A stretch of DNA of 40,653 nt from contig FLMG01000879.1 in assembly GCA_900088475.1 (NCBI GenBank), positions 1 through 40,653 on the forward strand, in the 5' to 3' direction. Source of the DNA: Hyphochytrium catenoides. Taxonomy: Eukaryota > Protista > Hyphochytriomycota. This document shows positions 34,094 to 40,653 of the stretch, piece by piece. Positions within the stretch are counted from its first letter, which is position 1. Every line of letters begins with the position of its first letter. The notes beneath the pieces were generated by a model. That model saw only the letters and a list, made by a program, of their open reading frames with translations. It did no database searches and had not been told where the DNA came from. Made by a program: the position numbers and the translations under genes.

Positions 34094-35791
34094 ATGACGC
34101 GCCCAGATGAGGAAATGATCTGTCCCTATCCCTACGTATATCCTACATGCAAGGATGATCCAGAGCTTATTGCCCTTAATCCCGATGCAGCCAAGTACAT
34201 CGTCTACGCCGATATGTTTCCGGTCCTCTATCCGCTTTGGAGGGCTATCTTTCTTAGCATTGGCCTGCTCCTCTTCGCAATCAACACATACCGTCTTCGC
34301 TTAGCCTTCGCGACAAGGTCACCCATCCATAAGGTTGTATATGTCTTCAACCTGCTGGCGTGTATCACCTTTGTCATCAGAGGAGTTGACCCGAACGGAT
34401 ATAGAAAAATTGCACCGCTATTGCTGGTGCAAGGTGCGAACTATTTCACCAATGGTTTCCTTTATAGCATCTTCTACTCCATTGGCATTATCTGGGGCTC
34501 TGTGCTGCAAAGCTACCAGGAGGGCTGGAGAGTTCCCGTGCTTCTGAGGCTGTTTGGCTTTATCCTGCTGGTCATCACGTGGGGCATCATGGCTCTGTTG
34601 GACTTCTCTATTGCCACAGATCCGTCTGGAGACCACTACTTGGTTGTCCTTCTCAAGTACTACTCTATCTCTGTTGTCGGCCTCGCGGGCTGCATTCTGC
34701 TTGCATACACTGGTATTGCTTTAGATAAGCGAATTCGCCAAACACGGCTATTGGCTGGAGAAATAACACGGCCAAGCGGAGACGTGTACAACAATCGCTT
34801 GTCCGAGACGCCGGCCGCGAAGGAGGAAGGCTCAGTGGTCGGGAATACCCCTCAGGTTCTTACGCCACTTTCTGCTAGAGATGCACAGCAAATGAGGGCA
34901 AAAGCTCTACTCGCTTCCGGCGGAAAGAAGATGAATGAGCAGCAGGAAGCACCGAAGCCGGGGCTTTGGCGTAGCCTCTGGGAATCTTGGACCAACATGA
35001 CGAAGGTTATGCGAATCACGGTCATCATCGTCCCTCTATATCTCTCTGTTGAGGCCTCTACTCTTCTGCGCGGCATAACTGCGCATATTAACGGCACTGA
35101 CTTCATTGGCTGGCAGACATACAACTATTGTGTGTACACCAATGGCCCACAGTACGCAGCTGGCAAAGGTGGCAAGTGCGACCCTACTTTTGAGTATCAG
35201 CTTTTCGCTAGCCTTCAGCTTATCTTTGCTGTGATGAATTCATGGATCTTCTCTCGGATCAAGGGAGGGTCTGGCAGCGCTCAGGAGGAAAAAGAAGAAA
35301 GAGAAGAGAAGGAAGCAGAAGAGAGAAGAAAGGCAAGCGACTTTAGCGATTTGGCTGCACCTCTTTCTGGTAACAGAACTCTGGCATCTAGTACGTCCTC
35401 TCAAGTGTCATCCTTCTGGTCCGGAAGCGAGGATGAAGACCCTGGTTCCTTCGTCATGCAATCTCACCTTCATCCTAACTTCGCGGCAAGCAACTCTGGC
35501 CGTGTGAGCCATACAGACAGAGGAGACGTAGCTGTCAGAGTCAGCAGCTTGTTCAATAGAGATTCTATCCCCTCTTCTCAAGGAAGGTCAACGTTCTCGA
35601 CATTTGAAGACATCCATGACGAGGATAACGATGGTGAAGCAGGGGATGTAGGTACACATGCTGCGGCGTCGGGTACACCTAAGAATGAGAAGATTTACTT
35701 TGAGGATGAAAGCGTGAGGCAGTCACAGATGAGGAGACCGAGCATCAGCGCAGAAACCAACAAGAAGGTTGGCTCATATAGGAAACTGTAA
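34094..35791 (+). CDS. Seven-transmembrane, GPCR-like protein (THH1/TOM1/GPR137-like architecture) with long third intracellular loop and Ser/acidic C-tail
   Basis: Intronless 565 aa. N-terminal CPYPYVYPTC, five closely spaced TM helices including IRGVDPNGY, a ~90-aa hydrophilic loop, two more TM helices separated by a two-Cys loop, then a Ser-rich tail. Family inferred from layout only. Confidence 0.8.
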   Translation: MTRPDEEMICPYPYVYPTCKDDPELIALNPDAAKYIVYADMFPVLYPLWRAIFLSIGLLLFAINTYRLRLAFATRSPIHKVVYVFNLLACITFVIRGVDPNGYRKIAPLLLVQGANYFTNGFLYSIFYSIGIIWGSVLQSYQEGWRVPVLLRLFGFILLVITWGIMALLDFSIATDPSGDHYLVVLLKYYSISVVGLAGCILLAYTGIALDKRIRQTRLLAGEITRPSGDVYNNRLSETPAAKEEGSVVGNTPQVLTPLSARDAQQMRAKALLASGGKKMNEQQEAPKPGLWRSLWESWTNMTKVMRITVIIVPLYLSVEASTLLRGITAHINGTDFIGWQTYNYCVYTNGPQYAAGKGGKCDPTFEYQLFASLQLIFAVMNSWIFSRIKGGSGSAQEEKEEREEKEAEERRKASDFSDLAAPLSGNRTLASSTSSQVSSFWSGSEDEDPGSFVMQSHLHPNFAASNSGRVSHTDRGDVAVRVSSLFNRDSIPSSQGRSTFSTFEDIHDEDNDGEAGDVGTHAAASGTPKNEKIYFEDESVRQSQMRRPSISAETNKKVGSYRKL

Positions 35792-36185
35792 GCAGAAGTA
35801 AAAAATTCCGATCTCTACATTCCTTTTCTCCCGTCGTCGTTAGTTGAAGCTCGGTCTCCCTGTTTGGTCTCTACCTTTCCTGTTCGTTCCACCGCCTATC
35901 TTCCGTCCATGTTGCTTCCTGCTGTCCTGGTGGTCAGCCAAAATACCTGGTTAAGAGCATGACTGCCCTGCCCTCTTGTCCCTGTCTGTTATAAGCAGCA
36001 GCGGCGGTTTAAACATCTTGTTTTTGCTCTATCATTGGAAATATGGTATCATTCCTCAAAAATAAAGATACTGAGCAATACTGTGTGCCTCTAATCATGT
36101 ATGTATACTCGTCGTCCTTCTCCCTTCCTCTTACCAGCATTTATCCCTTATAAATATCTATTTATCAATCTTAAGCCCCATACTC

Positions 36186-36344
36186 CCTACAATGCGACTA
36201 AGCTGGACAGGGGTGCCATGCTTGAGCTTAGACCATCCTCGGCGGTTCAACCTCACCTACAATGCGACTCAGCTGGACAGGGGTGCCATGCTTGAAATTA
36301 GACCATGCTCGGCTGATCATCTCACCTGCAATGCGACTAAGCTG
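36186..36344 (+). repeat. ~70-bp tandem repeat, 2.3 copies
   Basis: cct(a/g)caatgcgact(a/c)agctg starts at 36186, 36256 and 36325; the rest of copies 1 and 2 is also similar. Confidence 0.93.
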
Positions 36345-37219
36345 TGAAAAAGCAGCTAGTAGCTAGTAGCGGGCTCGTCTTCAGCCCACCAATTTTGCTG
36401 CTGCATACTCTACTTGTGTTATTGTTTCTGCGCCTCCTGGTCTTTCTTCTATAACACTCTTCTTCATTCTTCTCTGTTCATCAGTCAGCTCATTCATTCA
36501 GTCCTATACCTAACAGAGCAGTGACGATGATGAAGCCGGGCCTGGGGCGAGGGGGAAAATATCAAGGCCCAGAAATCAGGCAAGAAGAAGAGGAGCAACT
36601 AACATAGGTGGTGGAGCTAACGATGACGAGATGAAGAACGATGTTGATCTCGGATCGGCGTGCATAGACTTCGAGGACGATCCGTGTACGCTTTCTTCGT
36701 CGTCGGAGGATAATAGTGATAGTGATATCGATGAAGGAGGAGGAGAAGGAGGAGACGATGATGACGATCATACTGGTTGATTTACCTAGAGATATTAAAG
36801 GAAGGGCTTGCATGCTCAAAGAAACGAAAGCGTCATTGTTGGCTTGGGCTAATAGTGAGCAATAATATCGTCATTATTTTTCTTTTATATCATCCATCAA
36901 TAAATGTAGTCTTATATAATCTATATGGCCTCTTATAAACGAACAATTAGTAGACTCCTATTCAGAAAAGGAGACCATGAAAAATGAACTACGAACAAGA
37001 AGAAGAAGAAAAAGGAAGAGAGAGGAAGAAAGCAGCCTCCATCATTCTTCCCTACCCCTGAGGAGGGCCGGGAAGGATGTTCGACTGGAAGTTGGAGCTG
37101 CAGGGACACCGAGGAGGAGGACGCGAAGAGATCATCATCTATAAAAAGAGTTTTGATATTTCCTCTTTTCTGTCTTTTATTAATTAATGAATAAGAACTA
37201 CTATAAGTAAATAGGAGGA

Positions 37220-37330
37220 GTAAGAGAAGAAGAAGAAGGGAAAGAAGAAGAAGGAGGAGACGAAGAAGAAGAAGAAGAAGAAGGAGAAGAAAAAGAAGAG
37301 AGAGAAGAGGAAGAAGAAGAGACAAGAAAA
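37220..37330 (+). repeat. (GAA)n/purine-rich low-complexity tract
   Basis: gaagaagaag runs read directly. Confidence 0.9.
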
Positions 37331-38046
37331 GGCCCCTACCAATCGCAAGGGTTTGGGGTTGTTCAGCCACCCAAAAACAAAGAACAATACATGTCCTCGA
37401 AATGTCCTGGATATCCTCGCAACTAATGACTGATAGGTAACGAATGAACAGCCTGATCGAGAATTCGGTACCTCACGCCTCACCTAATGCAAGTACATCG
37501 TACGAACTAGGAACTACTGTTCTGTATGCGACGTACAGCTCGACGTACTCTATAGTCAATTGCATGCAATTTTCCAAACTCTGTCCGATACTACTCGTAC
37601 TGTACCTCAAGACCTCAAGGCACAAGAAAATGAATCAAGGATCAAAGGCGGTTAATGGCTGAAAGAATCTTGTTTATGAGTTACTGATGTGAAGGTTATC
37701 TATCGACGATCTCCCCCAGGAGTGAAGTAAAGCCCACACATTCTACGGGCCCTGGGCCTAGCAGCCAATAGATCAGAAGGCGCTCTCGCACTTAGGAAGC
37801 GGGAGGACAGGCCTTAGAGCTTCAGTCTCTGCGCCAAATTGACTGACAGCACTCTGCGCTGCTATGCAGAGTCTCCAGATCTTTCTCTGCAGGAATTGCA
37901 TACTGGCACTGCCCTCTTAAGCTGTCCTCTGGGGACAGAAGCGGTTGGCGGTGGAAGGGCCCCAGAGACGGGCTTTCGGAGCAATGCCAGCTGTCCTTTC
38001 GAAGCTTGGCCTGGCGGGCCGCTTTTTGGCGCGAGAGCCACTAAAG

Positions 38047-40653
38047 ATGTTATCGCGTCGGCCAACCAGCATGTTTCCAGCGAAAGCAGGATTGGCAGTT
38101 CAGCCTTTGAGCACTCCACAAGCGACTTTGTACGTGATCGACGCTTTAGTGTCCAATTCTCCTTGTATCCTCATTTGTGTCTGGAAAGCTTTCTTGTGCT
38201 TCTGTTGGACAGATTGTTTTCATGCTGATCTTCTCTCAACTTCCCTCACGGTCGATTTTGCCCGTTAATCATGCATTGTTCTTCATCCCGTAAGGTGGAG
38301 AAGCATGTCTAGGTCCGTTCCTCGTGGCAAGAAGACGTCCAGTGTTTATGGCCAATTGACAGAAGAGAAGTTTAGAGAAGTTTCTGCTTTCTTTGAGTCT
38401 GCTGATCACGAAGATCGCTTTGGAGACTATCCTCTTCCTGCTCTTACTCCAGATGACGAGTTGCAAGACGAAGTTATTCTGGAAAGAAGGAGACTGCCGA
38501 ATCTGCAGCAGTCATTTGCCTTGATCACCGAGGATGACCATAAGTTACATGATAAAGAGCTTCTGCAGAGAAAGGAGAAGATCGCTGCTTTCTTTGGCCT
38601 TTCTTTGCAAGAATATGGAAGCTTCCTTGAGCAGTTCATCAGTGGCGAAGTCTCTTTCAGTGAGTTTCTTGAGAAGTCTGGCTTCCAAGTTGGCCGGCCA
38701 GACTTTGAGTTCACAAAGGCAGAGCGGCGGATGATCGCACTAATGCTTCTGAAGAGAAGAAAAGACTACCATGCTGAAAACATTCTTAATGGAGATCTGC
38801 CAGAAGCAGTGACGGAGATGCTCTCCTGGGACGAAAGCGAAGTAATGGCGGAGTGCATCAGGTTTCAGCGAGAGAGGGCCGCGCCAAAGACTGGTCTTGA
38901 CAAGATCATGGAAGCTGTAGAAGGCAATAATTTAGGGACAGACCTCCATTCTCTGTCCTACAGTCAGATGCAGAGGACGTTAGAGAGCGAGATGGATCCT
39001 GCCAAGGCTGATGCTGAGATAGAAAAGCTGTTAGAAGAGAAGATGGGAACCTTTCCGCCTTTCTCCGAATTCCCAGCCCATGCGCAGACGATGTTTGAAG
39101 AGATGAAGGAAGGCGTGGCGCAGTTGGTGGAGGTAGAGGAGGATCCAAAAACCAAGCAGCTGCTTACAGAGCTGATCGCAGTTCAAGAAAAGATTATTGA
39201 GAGTAAGGCAGAGCCTGTTGAGATCTGGCGGGAGCTCTGCGCTCTGTCCTCGGCCTTCCCTCTCAGTAATGATATGGAGATGCAGCTTCTCTCCGCCACG
39301 GAGGCATACGATGTGGATAGTCCTGAGCAACTGCTGATGGAGTTCTATCCTCAAAGCTATCCGGATGAGGATACCTGGCAGAGGCGGCGGGTCATTGTGT
39401 TGCACAAGATCTACACTCTGAAGGCGTTGCTTGAGGAGCTTCAAAGATTGGATGAAGAAGGAACTCCGTATAAACTTGAGACTGTGCGGAAGATGCAAGA
39501 AGAGGCAGAGATGGAGATTCGGCTGCGTATGGCGTCCGTCCGGGAAAGGTTCCAGCACATCCTAGGTACCGAGATGGACCCTGAGCTAGAGACAGAGCAG
39601 TTCTTTAAGCATCTCCTTGTCCTTAAGGAACTCAGCTCCGCTTTCCATGATAGTTTGGCTATGAGAAGAGAGGCAAGCAAGTTCCTTACAGAGACGCCAG
39701 AACCAGAAGATGCAGTATTGCAACTAATAAGAGAAGCAGGTCTGCATGGAGAGAATGCTCTCTCCGAGAAGGATCTTAAGGAGCTCGTTCTGGATAACGT
39801 TTTGCAGCTCCTTGGCTTTGACCTCAGCAATGAGGTTATTGATGAGCTGGTCCCATACGATGCAGCACTAGAAGTGACCAAAGCTCTGAGACAGTACATC
39901 CATCTTGACAGGCAGACCATCGCCGACAAGCTCGTGGCGATGATGGAAGAAAGAGGAGTTCCTCTCTCTGAAAACTTCAAAAAAGAGCTCTACCGCCCAG
40001 AAGAAGAGGAAGAGGATGAGAGTGACGACGAACCCATGGATTTCGGTGACGAGGAGGATGAGAAAGACGAGGAGGATGAGAAAGACGAGGAGGATGAGGA
40101 AGACGGTGAGGAGGACGAGGATGAAGAGGAGGATGAAGAGGAGGAATATGAGGAACTGGACAATGAGTCTGATTCGGAGAATGAAGAAAACGACATTGGC
40201 GACAACACAAAAGACCGTCCTTTTGACCTGTCTACCTTCTTAGAGCGCCGTATGCAGCCACAAGGAGAGGGCAATGTCCCTTGGCAGACTGGACAGCCTA
40301 CCGATGACTTGCCTGAAACAGAGGATATCCTTATCAAGGAGTATGTTGCCTCTGAAAGCCGATATTTGGACGCCGAGACAGACACTATCCTCAACAGAGA
40401 GGACGATCCGTTCGCCCAGTTGCCGTTCTCTGCTGCAGGAGTGAAAAAGGTGGTGCGCGAGGTGGATGTGACAGATCCAGAGGACACTCTGACCGCAGAA
40501 GACGAACTTGAGGAGCTGATTAAAGCAGGTGGAAGACCGAACGAGATGAAGATTCCAAGTACTCGGTTCCTCGGCGATGAAACGCTGGCATCCAAAGCTG
40601 AGGATGGTTTGCTTAAGGGAAGGGCAGCTGCATCGGTAGTCCGCGTGCGGAAG
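38047..40653 (+). CDS. Large acidic protein with predicted mitochondrial presequence, 3'-truncated by the window; exons 38047-38129 and 38295->40653
   Basis: Frame +1 is open from 38269 to the window end, so it is absent from the track. Phase-2 intron TT|gtacgt (38130)...cgtaag|G (38294) gives MLSRRPTSMFPAKAGLAVQPLSTPQATLWRSMSRSVPRGKK, which is R/S-rich and acid-free. D/E-rich tract at ~40000-40190. Confidence 0.85.

Noticed and set aside
36186-36344. CRISPR-like array
   Set aside because: The would-be spacers resemble each other, there are only 2.3 units, no cas genes are present, and the context is eukaryotic. It is a minisatellite.

Overview
Eukaryotic, probably protist, nuclear DNA in the standard genetic code, with GT-AG introns, (CT/GA)n microsatellites and one 123-nt assembly gap. 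Intact genes: a convergent intronless pair (class I SAM methyltransferase on +; large divergent 'split' Nudix-like protein on -) whose motif layouts resemble giant-virus (NCLDV) proteins; a DUF202/YidH-type membrane protein; a probable 4-exon multi-TM gene; an intronless EF-hand NADPH oxidase (NOX5/NoxC/RBOH type); a THH1/TOM1/GPR137-like 7TM protein; and a spliced, acidic, probably mitochondrion-targeted protein that runs off the right edge and is missing from the ORF track. Much of the intervening DNA reads as fossil coding sequence interrupted by stops that could derive from CAA/CAG/CGA, suggesting strong region-specific C-to-T hypermutation (RIP-like or 5mC-driven). A ~350-bp inverted repeat lies just left of the gap and the virus-like pair. 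All family assignments are from motif recognition by eye; no database searches were run.
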